A stretch of DNA of 64,000 nucleotides, taken from NCBI GenBank assembly GCA_964016885.1, contig OZ024760.1, positions 24,056,001 through 24,120,000 of the forward strand. Direction: 5' to 3'. Position 1 is the stretch's first letter; each line of letters begins with the position of its first letter. Shown piece after piece: positions 1 to 13,483 of the stretch. The notes under the pieces were generated by a model. It was not told the DNA's origin. It ran no database searches and worked only from the letters and a program-made list of their open reading frames with translations. The translations under genes and the position numbers were made by a program. This stretch comes from Eledone cirrhosa (Eukaryota).

Positions 1-76
1 GATGGAGGAGCAGGCTCTACATCCCTATCTAACCGGTGTATCTCACTAAGAAGCAGCGAATTGGCAGAGTCATTAG

Positions 77-418
77 AGGCACATGGCTTAGTGGTTAGAG
101 CATTGGCCTTGCAATCGAAAGGTTGTGAGTTCAATTCTCAGACCGGGTGATGTGTTGTTTCCTTGAGCAAGACACTTTATTTCACATTGCTCCAGTTTAC
201 TCAGCTGTAGAAATGAGATGATAGGGACTGGGGTCCATATCATTCCACTGTAAAGTGGTCGTGGAGGTGCCACGGCAAAAAAGCACCCACCACTCACTGT
301 AAATGAGGTTGGTGTTAGGAAGGGCATCCAGCTGTAGAAATCAAGCCAGCATCAATTCCCGTCCCACTCTTGCAAGCAGGGAAAAGCGGACGTAAAATGA
401 AATGATGATGATGATGAT
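77..418 (+). mobile_element. tRNA-derived SINE family 1 (CORE-like body, RTE-derived tail ending in (TGA)n)
   Basis: A box TGGCTTAGTGG, B box GAGTTCAATTC, CCTTGAGCAAGACACTT; copies at 11270-11555(-), 13481-13816(-), 15898-16268(+), 25547-25893(+), 28360-28645(-), 29643-30075(+), 30372-30709(-), 43041-43380(-), 57280-57420(+), variants at 19730-20003(-), 23770-23960(-), 30160-30335(+). Confidence 0.9.
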
Positions 419-519
419 TAGAATGTTGGATATAATGCTTTGTGGTATGGTATTTATTCTGGCTGTCTGCTCTTTCAGTGCAAATCCTGCCAAGGTTGAC
501 TTTGCCTTTCATCCATTCG

Positions 520-1665
520 AGGTTGACAAAAAAAGTACCAGTATAGTACTGGGTTGGTTCTTTCTCTATACCTCTTTCTCACTCTCTATCCATCTCTGGA
601 AGAAATCTACTGTTTTCAGACCTGGAGAAGAGAGAAGGGCTCCAGCAGGTTGATAAAAAAAAGTACCAGTATAGTACTGGGTTGGTTCTTTCTCATTTCC
701 TTTCTCTCACTCTCTATCCATCTCTGATAGAAATCTGTTGTTTTCAGACCTGGAGAAGAGAGAAGGGCTCCAGCAGGTTGATAAAAAAAGTACCAGTATA
801 GTACTGGGTTGGTTCTTTCTCTATACCTCTCTCACTCTCTATACATCTCTGGAAGAAATCTGTTGTTTTCAGACCTGGAGAAGAGAGAAGGGCTCCAGCA
901 GGTTGATAAAAAAAAGTACCAGTATAGTACTGGGTTGGTTCTTTCTCTATACCTCTCTCACTCTCTATCCATCTCTGGAAGAAATCTGTTGTTTTCAGAC
1001 CTGGAGAAGAGAGAAGGGCTCCAGCAGGTTGATAAAAAAAAGTACCAGTATAGTACTGGGTTGGTTCTTTCTCTATACCTCTCTCACTCTCTATACATCT
1101 CTGGAAGAAATCTGTTGTTTTCAGACCTGGAGAAGAGAGAAGGGCTCCAGCAGGTTGATAAAAAAAAGTACCAGTATAGTACTGGGTTGGTTCTTTCTCA
1201 TTTCCTTTCTCTCACTCTCTATCCTTCTCTGGAAGAAATTTACTGTTTTCAGACCTGGAGAAGAGAGAAGGGCTCCAGCAGGTTGATAAAAAAAGTACCA
1301 GTATAGTACTGGGTTGTTTCTTTCTCTATACCTTTCTCATTCTCTATCCATCTCTGGAAGAAATCTGTTGTTTTCAGACCTGGAGAAGAGAGAAGGGCTC
1401 CAGCAGGTTGATAAAAAAAAGTACCAGTATAGTACTGGGTTGGTTCTTTCTCATTTCCTTTCTCTCACTCTCTATCCTTCTCTGGAAGAAATCTACTGTT
1501 TTCAGACCTGGAGAAGAGAGAAGGGCTCCAGCAAGTTGATAAAAAAAAGTACCAGTATAGTACTGGGTTGGTTCTTTCTCTATACCTTTCTCATTCTCTA
1601 TCCATCTCTGGAAGAAATCTACTGTTTTCAGACCTGGAGAAGAGAGATAAGGGCTCCAGCAGGTT
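520..1665 (+). repeat. Minisatellite, about 126-bp unit, 9 copies
   Basis: Unit begins with the SINE2 tail GGTTGATAAAAAAAGTACCAGTATAGTACTGGG plus flanking sequence. Confidence 0.95.
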
Positions 1666-2104
1666 TAAAAGCTGCCAAAGAAATGCCATATGTCACAATA
1701 CGATGTCCCTTCGAATCCCTCAGGAGTTACGGGTCCTCCATAAATACACCTCACAGGGAAGTTTGTCAGGTTAATGACATATCTGAAGTGCATATCTGTC
1801 TCTTGGTGTGGCAGGCTTTCTACGACTAGATTATCATCATCATGAACATCATCTAACAGTCGTTGTTGTTTTGTCCTTCCTTTTCTAAGTCAGCATAGAT
1901 CGGAGATGTCATCAGAGTCCAAGACAGTTCTCTACCTGAACCACTGGCCCCACATAACAGGCCAGAGGTGGTGTAGGGGCTACCTCCCCATCATATCTCT
2001 AAGTTTACTATGCTACCTCCCATCATAGGTCTGTTGAATGAGATCTGGCAATAACAAGAACAATATTATAATTATTTATTTATATATTCATTTATTTGTC
2101 TTTT

Positions 2105-2123
2105 AAACACACACACACCTATA

Positions 2124-2158
<35 letters not shown>

Positions 2159-2251
2159 CACCATATATATACATTCATATATGTACATACACTATATATA
2201 TATATACATACACTATATATATATATATATATACATTCATATATGTACATA

Positions 2252-2325
<74 letters not shown>

Positions 2326-3490
2326 CACTATATATATATACATACATACACTATATATATATACATACATACACTATATATATATACATACATACACTAT
2401 ATATATATACATACACTATATATATATATATATACATACACTATATATATACATACATACATATATATACATACATACATATATATACATATATATACAT
2501 ACATACACTATATATATATATACATACATTATATATATATATATATATATACATACATTATATATATATATATACATACATTATATATATATATATATAT
2601 ACATACATTATATATATATATATATACACATACATTATATATATATATATATACATACATTATATATATATATATATACATACATTATATATATATATAT
2701 ATATATACATACATTATATATATATATATATATACATACATTATATATATATATATATATACATACATTATATATATATATATATATACATACATTATAT
2801 ATATATATATATACATACATTATATATATATATATATACATACATTATATATATATACATATATATACATATACATATATATATACATTATATATATATA
2901 TATACATACATTATATATATATATATACATACATTATATATATATATACATACATTATATATATATATATACATACATTATATATATATATACATACATT
3001 ATATATATATATACATACATTATATATATATATACATACATTATATATATATATACATTATATATATATATATACATTATATATATATATATACATTATA
3101 TATATATATATACATTATATATATATATATACATTATATATATATATATACATTATATATATATATATACATACATTATATATATACATACATTATATAT
3201 ATATACATACATACATTATATATATATATATACATACATACATTATATATATATATATATATATACATACATTATATATATATATATATACATACATTAT
3301 ATATATATATATATATATACATACATTATATATATATATATATATATACATACATTATATATATATATATATACATACATACATTATATATATATATATA
3401 TACATACATACATTATATATATATATATATATACATACACTATATATATATATATATATACATACACTATATATATATATATATATATAC
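2105..3490. repeat. Long compound (TA)n/(TACA)n microsatellite
   Basis: Direct inspection; similar tracts at 14088-15020, 32285-34080, 61090-61360, 63730-63900. Confidence 0.98.
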
Positions 3491-3577
3491 ACCTCCAGAA
3501 AAGCCGAATACTGGGTCTTTGGATTAGATGATTCAGTCAGATACCTGGCGTATAATGTGTGTGTGAGTGTGAGTGTG

Positions 3578-3623
<46 letters not shown>

Positions 3624-4276
3624 TGTGTGTGTGTGTGTGTAGTTTACCTGTCTACAGATCTTTTGAAAATATATAACAGGTGGATGAGTGTCGTGGAGGA
3701 GTGTAGAGAACAATAGACCACACCTGAACAGGTAAAACTGACAAAAATGTAGGTGAGTGGAGTGGGTGGGGTCCTGTATCATGGCTACATGCTGGTGTAG
3801 AGGTCATGTGGTGTGGGCGGTGGAAGTCCTGTGGTGTGGCTAGGTGTGTACTCTCAGGTCTTGAATAACCATACCAACCAGTCTCATCCCACCCCGCTTA
3901 TAAGAATTTAAGACAATGTCCCCCACTCCCCTTCTTATTCCAACCCTTGCCCTTATTATTTGGGACCCTGGAGAGTAGGCGTTTATGTTTGTGTGGTGGG
4001 CGAGGAGGGAGAAAGGGGTGAACTGTATGTAATGGTAGTGTATTGCAGATGGTAGATGTAGAGATGTAATGGAGTCGGGGGTGTATACAGTAATGGAAGG
4101 TGTCTGTCTGTCTGTCTGTTCATATAGTGTATTGGGGATACACTGTCCACCCCCAGCAGTGTCTGGGGTGGGGTCAAATCTGGAGTCATTACATTAACAA
4201 TGTCAACAGGTAAATATATAAAACAAAACCAGATAAAAAGCAATATATAAATATATATCTATACATATATATATAT

Positions 4277-4763
4277 ATAAAAATGTAAGTCCAAAGAACC
4301 ATTAGATAAAATATATACAGTATTTCCTCTCCCAATCAGTATAAATTAACCACATAAAAAATCATTTAAACGAGGCTATAAGTTTAAAATGTACTTGTGA
4401 AGAAATAATAGACAAATGATACAGATTATTTTCCGCGAGGGATAGCCAGATAAAATTTATCCAGTTATAGAAATTGACTAGACAAATAATCAACTACACG
4501 GAATTAGGTACAAAACAGAAGTTTATTGTGTACCTAATTGCGTGTAGTTGATTATTTGTCTAGTCAATTTCTATAACTGGATAAATTTTATCTGGCTATC
4601 CCTCGCGGAAAATAATCTGTATCATTTGTCTATTATTTCTTCATAAGTACATTTTAAACTTATAGCCTCGTTTAAATGATTTTTTATGTGGTTAATTTAT
4701 ACTGATTGGGAGAGGAAATACTGTATATATTTTATCTAATGATTCTTTGGACTTGCATTTTTA
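4277..4763. mobile_element. Near-perfect palindromic element in (TA)n
   Basis: Arms of about 235 bp (4277-4511 and 4529-4763) with a few mismatches and a short spacer. Confidence 0.7.
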
Positions 4764-5449
4764 TATATAGCTCTGATTAATAATTATCTGCTTAATTCTT
4801 CATTGAGCCACACCGTGAAAGGTAGCCAAACTCATATATGTATCTGTGACTATGTCTAATTATATATATATATACACACACACATGTATATTATATAAAT
4901 ATATATATACGCACATATGTATATTATATAAATATGTATATATATATACACACACGCACGTATATTATATAAATATATATATATATATATACACACATGT
5001 ATATTATATAAATATATATATATATACACACATTATATTATATATATATATACACACAAACACACATTATATTATATATATATACATATATATATACACA
5101 CACGTTTATTATATATTTATATATATATATATACACACACATACATACATACACACACACGTATGTGTGTGTGTGTGTGTATAAATATATATCAAGCAAG
5201 ACAAATATTGGTCAGTATCCCATCATGGGTGAGAGTTATCTGGGGGAGTTTTCCCCTCTCCCGTTCACCCACCAAAATATGTCCCATCGTATATGTTGCC
5301 CCTCAGGGACAAATCAGCTTCCCTCAATTGAGAACACAGCTTATAATAAATAGAAAGTCCTTCATTTGAAAACTGGGTCTCGCCTCAGGCTCCTGAAATA
5401 CAAGAACAAGAACAAATAAAATATTTCAATAATTTATTATTATTTTAAT

Positions 5450-6330
5450 TCTTCTTCTTCGCCCACTTATTTCTTAAAGGGCCGTGGCGACAGAGTCCTC
5501 AAACACTCCTTACAGAGAGTCCTGCCAGAGGCAACTGTCTCCAAGCGAGACCAGCCAAGTTCATGGATGTTATTCAGCCATCTTGCCCAGTGTCTGTCCC
5601 TGGGTCTCCTGCCAGTTGGTTTTTGCCCATAAAATCTGTCCAGCGATTCTTTCCTGCGACATTTTAACCATATGCCCATAATATCGGAGCTGTGATCTCT
5701 TAATTTGGAGAAGTAGCAGCTCTACCTAGAGTGACTCTCTCATCTCCGAGCTACAAATCTGTCCAGTGATTCTTTCCTGAGACATTCTAACCATATGTCC
5801 ATAATATCAGAGCTGTGATCTCTCAATTTGGAGAAGTAGCAGCTCTACCTAGAGTGACTCTCTCATCTCCGAGCTACAAATCTGTCCAGTGATTCTTTCC
5901 TGAGACATTCTAACCATATGCCCATAATATCGGAGCTGTGATCTCTCAATTTGGAGAAGTAGCAGTTCAACCTAGAGTGACTCTTTCATCTCCGAGCTAC
6001 AAATCTGTCCAGTGATTCTTTCCTGAGACATTCTAACCACATATCCGTAATATCGGAGCTGTGATCTCTCAATTTGGAGAAGTAGCAGCTCTATCTGGAG
6101 TGACTCTCTCATCTCCGAGCTACAAATCTGTCCAGTGTTTCTTTCCTGAGACATTTTAACCACATGCCCGTAATATCGGAGCTGTGATCTCTCAATTTGG
6201 AGAAGTAGCAGCTCTACCTAGAGTGCCTCTCTGATCACCGACCTACACACTCTATCGAGTAATGTTACTCCAAAGGACCTACAGAAGAACCCCATTTTGG
6301 GTGCTTGTATTCGCGATCATATTCTTTAGG
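5450..6330 (-). mobile_element. RTE-like LINE 3' fragment with an internal 123-bp segment amplified five times
   Basis: LLLQIERSQLRYYGYVVRMSQER repeats, KPTGRRPR...RWLNNI; related fragment at 18800-19250. Confidence 0.8.
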
Positions 6331-6474
6331 TAGTCTCAAGTTGCAGATAACAGCTCAGCCCCTTTAAGACAAAACATCCAGCACAGAATCAAAGAGATCA
6401 GAGACAATAACAAAATCAATTATTGATCTTTGTCCCTGATTACCCTTATACCATGTATATTTATGGATGTCATA

Positions 6475-6774
6475 CAGGGTGTCCCCAAAAAATATATATA
6501 CAATTTAATAACAAAATATGCATTAAAATATAATTCTGTTTTAAATGCATTATTTAAATTATGTAAAATAAAGTACCAGTAATATACTGGGTAATTGTTG
6601 GCCTTGTGCCTAAAGTAGAAACAATTATTTAAATTATGTAAACATTTTGGGGTGTTTATATACAATTGACTTATGTCTGTATATCATTTTATTTTCGGAA
6701 AAGGCTGTGCATTCTAATAAATATTGCCTGTACAGGTAATCAACGTGTGTATACATTTTTGGGGGACATCCTGT
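6475..6774. mobile_element. Tc1/mariner-like MITE
   Basis: TA-CAGGGTGTCCCCAAAAAAT...ATTTTTGGGGGACATCCTG; relative at 48729-48805. Confidence 0.6.
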
Positions 6775-6833
6775 GGTGTGTGTGTGTATATATATATTAA
6801 TTAAAGATTAATTAGTCTCTAATAATATATATG

Positions 6834-8645
6834 TCAATGTGGTTGGCATTAGGAAGGGCATCCAGCCTTAGAAAACCAGCCCAAAAGCACCCAGCCCACA
6901 CTATCAATGTGGTTGGCATTAGGAAGGGCATCCAGCCTTAGAAAACCAGCCCAAAAGCACCCACCACACACTATCAATGTGGTTGGCATTAGGAAGGGCA
7001 TCCAGCCTTAGAAAACCAGCCCACACTGTCAATGTGGTTGGCATTAGGAAGGGCATCCAGCCTTAGAAAACCAGCCCAAAAGCACCCACCACACACTATC
7101 AATGTGGTTGGCATTAGGAAGGGCATCCAGCCTTAGAAAACCAGCCCAAAAGCACCCAGCCCACACTGTCAATGTGGTTGGCATTAGTAAGAGCATCCAG
7201 CCTTAGAAAACCAGCCCAAAAGCACCCAGCCCACACTGTCAATGTGGTTGGTATTAACAAGGGCATCCAGCCTTAGAAAACCAGCCCAAAAGCACCCAGC
7301 ACACACTGTCAATGTGGTTGGCATTAGGAAGGGCATCCAGCCTTAGAAAACCAGCCCAAAAGCACCCAGCACACACTGTCAATGTGGTTGGCATTAGGAA
7401 GGGCATCCAGCCTTAGAAAACCAGCCCAAAAGCACCCAGCCCACACTGTCAATGTGGTTGGCATTAGGAAGGGCATCCAGCCTTAGAAAACCAGCCCAAA
7501 AGCACCCAGCACACACTGTCAATGTGGTTGGCATTAGGAAGGGCATCCAGCCTTAGAAAACCAGCCCAAAAGCACCCACCACACACTATCAATGTGGTTG
7601 GCATTAGGAAGGGCATCCAGCCTTAGAAAACCAGCCCACACTGTCAATGTGGTTGGCATTAGGAAGGGCATCCAGCCTTAGAAAACCAGCCCAAAAGCAC
7701 CCAGCCCACACTGTCAATGTGGTTGGCATTAGTAAGAGCATCCAGCCTTAGAAAACCAGCCCAAAAGCACCCAGCCCACACTGTCAATGTGGTTGGTATT
7801 AACAAGGGCATCCAGCCTTAGAAAACCAGCCCAAAAGCACCCAGCACACACTGTCAATGTGGTTGGCATTAGGAAGGGCATCCAGCCTTAGAAAACCAGC
7901 CCAAAAGCACCCAGCACACACTGTCAATGTGGTTGGCATTAGGAAGGGCATCCAGCCTTAGAAAACCAGCCCAAAAGCACCCAGCCCACACTGTCAATGT
8001 GGTTGGCATTAGGAAGGGCATCCAGCCTTAGAAAACCAGCCCAAAAGCACCCAGCACACACTGTCAATGTGGTTGGCATTAGGAAGGGCATCCAGCCTTA
8101 GAAAACCAGCCCCAAAGCACCCACCACACACTATCAATGTGGTTGGCATTAGGAAGGGCATCCAGCCTTAGAAAACCAGCCCACACTGTCAATGTGGTTG
8201 GCATTAGGAAGGGCATCCAGCCTTAGAAAACCAGCCCAAAAGCACCCACCACACACTATCAATGTGGTTGGCATTAGGAAGGGCATCCAGTCTTAGAAAA
8301 CCAGCCCAAAAGCACCCAGCCCACACTGTCAATGTGGTTGGCATTAGTAAGAGCATCCAGCCTTAGAAAACCAGCCCAAAAGCACCCAGCCCACACTGTC
8401 AATGTGGTTGGCATTAGGAAGGGCATCCAGCCTTAGAAAACCAGCCCAAAAGCACCCAGCCCACACTGTCAATGTGGTTGGCATTAAGAAGGGCATCCAG
8501 CCTTAGAAAACCAGCCCAAAAGCACCCAGCCCACACTGTCAATGTGGTTGGCATTAAGAAGGGCATCCAGCCTTAGAAAACCAGCCCAAAAGCACCCAGC
8601 CCACACTGTCAATGTGGTTGGCATTAGGAAGGGCATCCAGCCGTA
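6834..8645 (+). repeat. Minisatellite, 70-bp unit (55-bp variant) with higher-order structure
   Basis: CAATGTGGTTGGCATTAGGAAGGGCATCCAGCCTTAGAAAACCAGCCCAAAAGCACCCAGCCCACACTGT; derived from the RTE/SINE tail. Confidence 0.95.
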
Positions 8646-8785
8646 GGAAGCAAGCCAGAAACACTCCTACTCAATACTTAGAGTAGTAGAATGGGTGATA
8701 TGAACCGAATCAGGACCCCGACGGCTGAGCTCCGGATCTAGCTGTAGAAACGTCCGGAGCTCAGCCATCGGGGTCCCGATTCTGT

Positions 8786-8818
<33 letters not shown>

Positions 8819-8890
8819 AGTATGTACATACTTATATTTAAGTAACAGCCGTACTAAGAGTGGGAAATGAAATATCGTTTCATTTTTTCC

Positions 8891-8945
<55 letters not shown>

Positions 8946-9075
8946 TATATATACAGATATAGACACCAAAGGGTTCCAATAACACCAACTTACCAAAATT
9001 TATGATGACATCCCACCCCCACCCCCTACACACACTCTCCTCGTGTGTAGGGGGTGGGGGAGGGAGGTGGTATAT

Positions 9076-9159
9076 TTAGTTGGCAACTTTTGTTGGTTTT
9101 CTAATATGATGGAAACTGGGTAGAAGTTTTGAGAGGAAGTCCAACTGCAATGTCTGTGC
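9076..9159 (-). CDS. DCTN6: DCTN6 exon 7: AQTLQLDFLSKLLPSFHHIRKPTKVAN*
   Basis: ttattttgcag acceptor, QTLQLDFL.K.LP..HH motif, TAA stop; summed CDS is 552 nt. Confidence 0.96.
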   Translation of the reverse strand, partial: AQTLQLDFLSKLLPSFHHIRKPTKVAN

Positions 9160-10019
9160 CTGCAAAATAACAATTGTTTTTAGAGTTTTTTTGTTTGTTT
9201 ATTTGTTTTGCTTCTTTTTTTTTTTCTTCCAAATTTAGGACAAGACTTAGATATTAGCAGAGGTCACAAACTACAACCACCACCATTACTACCACCACTA
9301 CTACTACCATTACTACCACTAGTACTACAACCACCACCACTACCACTACTACCACTAGTACTACAACCACCACCACTACCACTACTACCACTAGTACTAC
9401 AACCACCACCACTACTACTACTACTACTACCACTAATACCACTACATCTACAACCACAACCACCACAACCAATTACAACCACCCCTACCAACACCAACAC
9501 CCCTACAACTACCACCCCCACCCACCCCTGCCACCACACACATGACCCACCCCCACCACACACACAACCCCCACCACCTTTAAAGTGTCAAAACCATCAG
9601 GCCAGTCTCCACTCCCCCTCACACACACCAAAGGTCACACATAAAAACATATTTAGTGGTGGTGGTGGTGGTGTTGTTGTTGATCATGGTATCAGAGATA
9701 AAATTAAAAAATTAAGAGCTTTGAAAGGGCATGTAGAGGGAGAGGGGTGAGATAGACATAAATATACACACACATGTATATGTTATATACACACATATGG
9801 ATGTTATATAGACACATATGTATGTTATATACACATATGTATGCGTTATATACATATATATATATATATATATCATCATCATCTTCGTTTTACATCCGTT
9901 CTTCCATACTAGCATGGGTTAGACATATATATACACATATACATACACACATATGTATGTGTTATCTATCTACTTATATATATAACCAGCAATTTCTCTG
10001 TCTGTCTCTCTGACAGTGG

Positions 10020-10471
10020 AAACACGTGCATAGAGAGAGAGTGAAAGAAAGAGACAGACTACGAGAGGGGGATAGAGAGAGGGAGAGAGAGAGAGTGAAT
10101 AGACGCTAACGCACGTGCTACAGAAACATTACCTTCCCCTCTCCAGACTTTGGTCACTGAGGCCGAGGAAATCGCGCTGAGCGCGTCATAATGACGTAAT
10201 GCAGACAGCCAGACATACAGACAGATATTATAAGGGCGCAACGTTATATCTATGTATCTATCTAAAAAGAAAGACTAAGAATTATATAGAGAGAACGCTA
10301 AATCGCCTAATGCGGTCCCTAAGGCATTGAAAATTTGAAATAATTTTTGCTCAAAACACTCACAGGACCATAAGTATTACATGTCTAAAGTTTGAAAACA
10401 ATCGGTTGGATGGTTCTCAAGTTTTAGTGAGCTGACAGACAGACAGACATCCTCAGTTTTATATATATAGA
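10020..10471 (-). mobile_element. Helitron of a related family, 5' part, opposite orientation
   Basis: Same 5' end TCTATATATATAAAACTGAGGATGTCTGTCT on the minus strand and a similar internal CAAACTTT...CATGT...TACTTATG segment; left boundary approximate. Confidence 0.6.
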
Positions 10472-10511
10472 CTAGCAGAAAACCGCCCCCCAAAGGGTGG
10501 TTTTCTGCTAG

Positions 10512-11056
10512 TCTATATATATAAAACTGAGGATGTCTGTCTCAGTGTGAGTTTGAATCCCTAGAACTCGAGAAGTACCCAACTGATTTTTTTCAAACTT
10601 TACATGTGTATTACTTATGTTTCAGGGAGTGTTATGCACATCAAAAGATTCAACTTTTTGATTAGGTGAAAAGCTGCATTTTTTTCAGCTTTTCAGGGTT
10701 TTTCTGAGGCGTTACGTCAGACCGATTTCCTTGAAATTGTAACTATGTATTAGTCAGTCTCTTCTTCATACCGTGACCAAAGAAAATCCAACTTTTTTTA
10801 TGGTCTAGGGCCCGCATTAGGTGAAAAACTTCATTTTTTCAGCTTTTTAGGGCTTTTTTGAGGCGTTACGTCTAGCCGATTTTCCTGCATTTTTCCTGCT
10901 TCATCGAGGAAAATCTTAAAGATTATCCAGCCATCAGAATATTCGGTTTATTTTCTTTACATATTGTCCAGGCATGCAGTTTTTCCACGATTAGTTCTAT
11001 TGGCGGCCTGCGTTCCAAAATACCTTCTCCCGTGCAACGCCGGGTACCACTGTTAG
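10512..11056 (+). mobile_element. Non-autonomous Helitron
   Basis: 5' TCTATATATATAAAA; 3' hairpin CCCG(TGCAACGC)CGGG followed by TTAG|T (degenerate CTAG). Confidence 0.75.
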
Positions 11057-12106
11057 TATATCATCATCATTTTTTAATGGGCATTGGATTGGCAGTATCG
11101 GTAGAGGGTCGGACACTATGCTTTGCAGCACAGAGTTACGCCTCTTTATGATCTGAGTTCAAATCCCGCCAAGGTTAACTTTGCCTTTCATCCTTACGGG
11201 GTCAATAAAATAAAGTACCAGTAATGCACTGGCTAATTGCTGGCCTTGTGCCAAAAGTAGAAACAATTATCATCATCATTTTTACGTACGCTTTTCCCTG
11301 CTTGCAAGAGTGGGACGGGAACTGATTCTGGCTTGATTTCTACAGCTGGATGCCCTTCCTAACACCAACCTCATTTACAGTGAGTGCTGAGTGCTTTTTT
11401 GCAGTGGCACCTCCACGACCACTTTGCAGTAAACTGGAGCAATGTGAAATAAAGTGTCTTGCTCAAGGAAACAACACATCAGCCGGTCTGAGAATTGAAC
11501 TCACAACCTTTCGATTGCAAGACCAATGCTCTAACCACTAAGCCATGTGCCTCCACATGTATATGTATGTATATCTATATATATATATAGATATACATAC
11601 ACATATATATACATATACATATACATATATATATACATATACATATATACATATATATATACATACATACATATATATATACATATATAAATACATATAT
11701 ACATATATATATACATATATACATATATACATATATATATACATATATACATACATATATAAATATATATATATATATATACATATTCATATATACGTGG
11801 GAAAGTAAGAAATCGGAGAATAGACCGTTAAAACATGTTTATTTAAAACAGTGCACAGATTTCTTACTTTCCCACGTGCTTACACTCTGCTAACTCTCTA
11901 GCCCACTAAATATTAACACTTCGAACATTTAATACTGCCGGCACTAGTATCGAGCACATTTGGCATACGCTACTTGGCAAATAACTATATGTATCACCTA
12001 TCCTCCCCTTTTTTTCTCTCTCTCGATACGTAAATACTGTATATACATATATATATACATATATATACCCTTGCAAGCAGGGAAAAGCGGACGTAAAATG
12101 ATGAGG

Positions 12107-12162
<56 letters not shown>

Positions 12163-12516
12163 GTATAAGGTTAGCCTTTCTTTGTTTATTTTTTTATATA
12201 TGAATATTGATTGTTCCTTATATCTCATTCTGTTATTTTGCCCGAGAATATATCTGTGTGTCATCAAACGTACACACAGATATTTTTTCAATTTCCAATT
12301 GAGTTCTAGCACGTGGCCTGAATTCCTTTTAGAGTTCATTGTCATGCGCATGTATTGTTTTTTTTTGGTGGTAATTTACTTCCTCATTTTTGAATCAGTT
12401 TGAGCATTTCTTTAGAACTGCTGGACTGGCAACCTGACAGATACCTCAGGCACTGATGATGATTATCGCTAAATGCTGATGTTGATTAGACTATCAATAT
12501 TAGTATTATTGGGGCA

Positions 12517-12643
12517 CCCACTGATGAATTATAGGAGCCCACTTGAATATATATCTATTGATGGTATACAAGTTCCTACATAAATTGGTATAATTTCACC
12601 CAAATTGTAGGAATCCTATAATGAAACGAGACGTCCGTCTGGG
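12517..12643 (+). ncRNA. Type I hammerhead ribozyme with enlarged, branched stem II
   Basis: CCCA-CTGATGA-ATTATAGGA...TCCTATAAT-GAAA-CG(AGACGTC)CG-TC-TGGG; all core nucleotides intact, GUC triplet. Confidence 0.8.
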
Positions 12644-13047
12644 AAGAGATGTATTCGATATGTCTCATATGAAATAATACAGCCAATTTTCCACGCAATA
12701 CTTTTAGTTAGCACCCCGAACGCTTAATTAGGAATATAATCACTTATTTCCTAATGTTTGTTGAGTGAGTTGGAATTTGGCCGGAGTATCACTAAAAAGC
12801 TTTCTCCGATATTGTATTTATATATACATATATATATATATAAATATATACATATATATATATATAAACATATATATACATACATATCATCATCATCATC
12901 TTCATCTTCGTCTTCGTCTAACGTCCATTTTCCACGCTAGCATGGGTTAGACGGGAATTGTCCCACTTGAGGCAAGGTTGGTCGGGTATATATATATACA
13001 TATATACATACATACAGACATATATATATATATACATATATCTATCT

Positions 13048-13390
13048 AGGGCGGGTAAAATTCCCCGAGATCCATGGACGAGTTCTCTCCAACGGTCTCT
13101 GTCCCACATTATCGCTGCCATGTCCTGCGTCTCCAACAGACGAGTGCCTGTCATTAGGGCTCAACATATGTTAACCTTGGTCTTCCTCTTCCAGTGAGTC
13201 CATGTAGGGGCTCCCACAGGAGCACTGAGTGCAGTTTCAACTCTGGACGTCGGTGAGCATGTCCAGCTAACCTCAGCCTCCTCTGTGTCACTTTTGAGCT
13301 GACTTTTGGGAGGCTCCCATACAGCTCTGAGTTTTTCATCCTCAGTGTATACTCAGAGCCATCCTCAGCATTCTCGTGTAGCACCCATCC
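13048..13390 (-). mobile_element. RTE-like LINE C-terminal fragment
   Basis: RRLRLAGHAHRR...LLWEP.HG...RGRPRLTY, then AAIMWDRDRWRELV. Confidence 0.8.
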
Positions 13391-13419
13391 TTATATATAT
13401 ATATCTCACTCAGATATAG

Positions 13420-13483
<64 letters not shown>

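Noticed and set aside
77-150. tRNA genes at SINE heads
   Set aside because: A/B boxes are present but stems are imperfect and always fused to a SINE body.
88-327. Recurrent 79-aa ORF MPFLTPTSFT... as a multigene family
   Set aside because: It is the antisense reading of SINE family 1; copies carry frameshifts.
2096-3622. Long ORFs such as 508 aa here and 642 aa at 32234-34162
   Set aside because: Translations of TA/CA microsatellites (YI, HT, CV repeats), not proteins.
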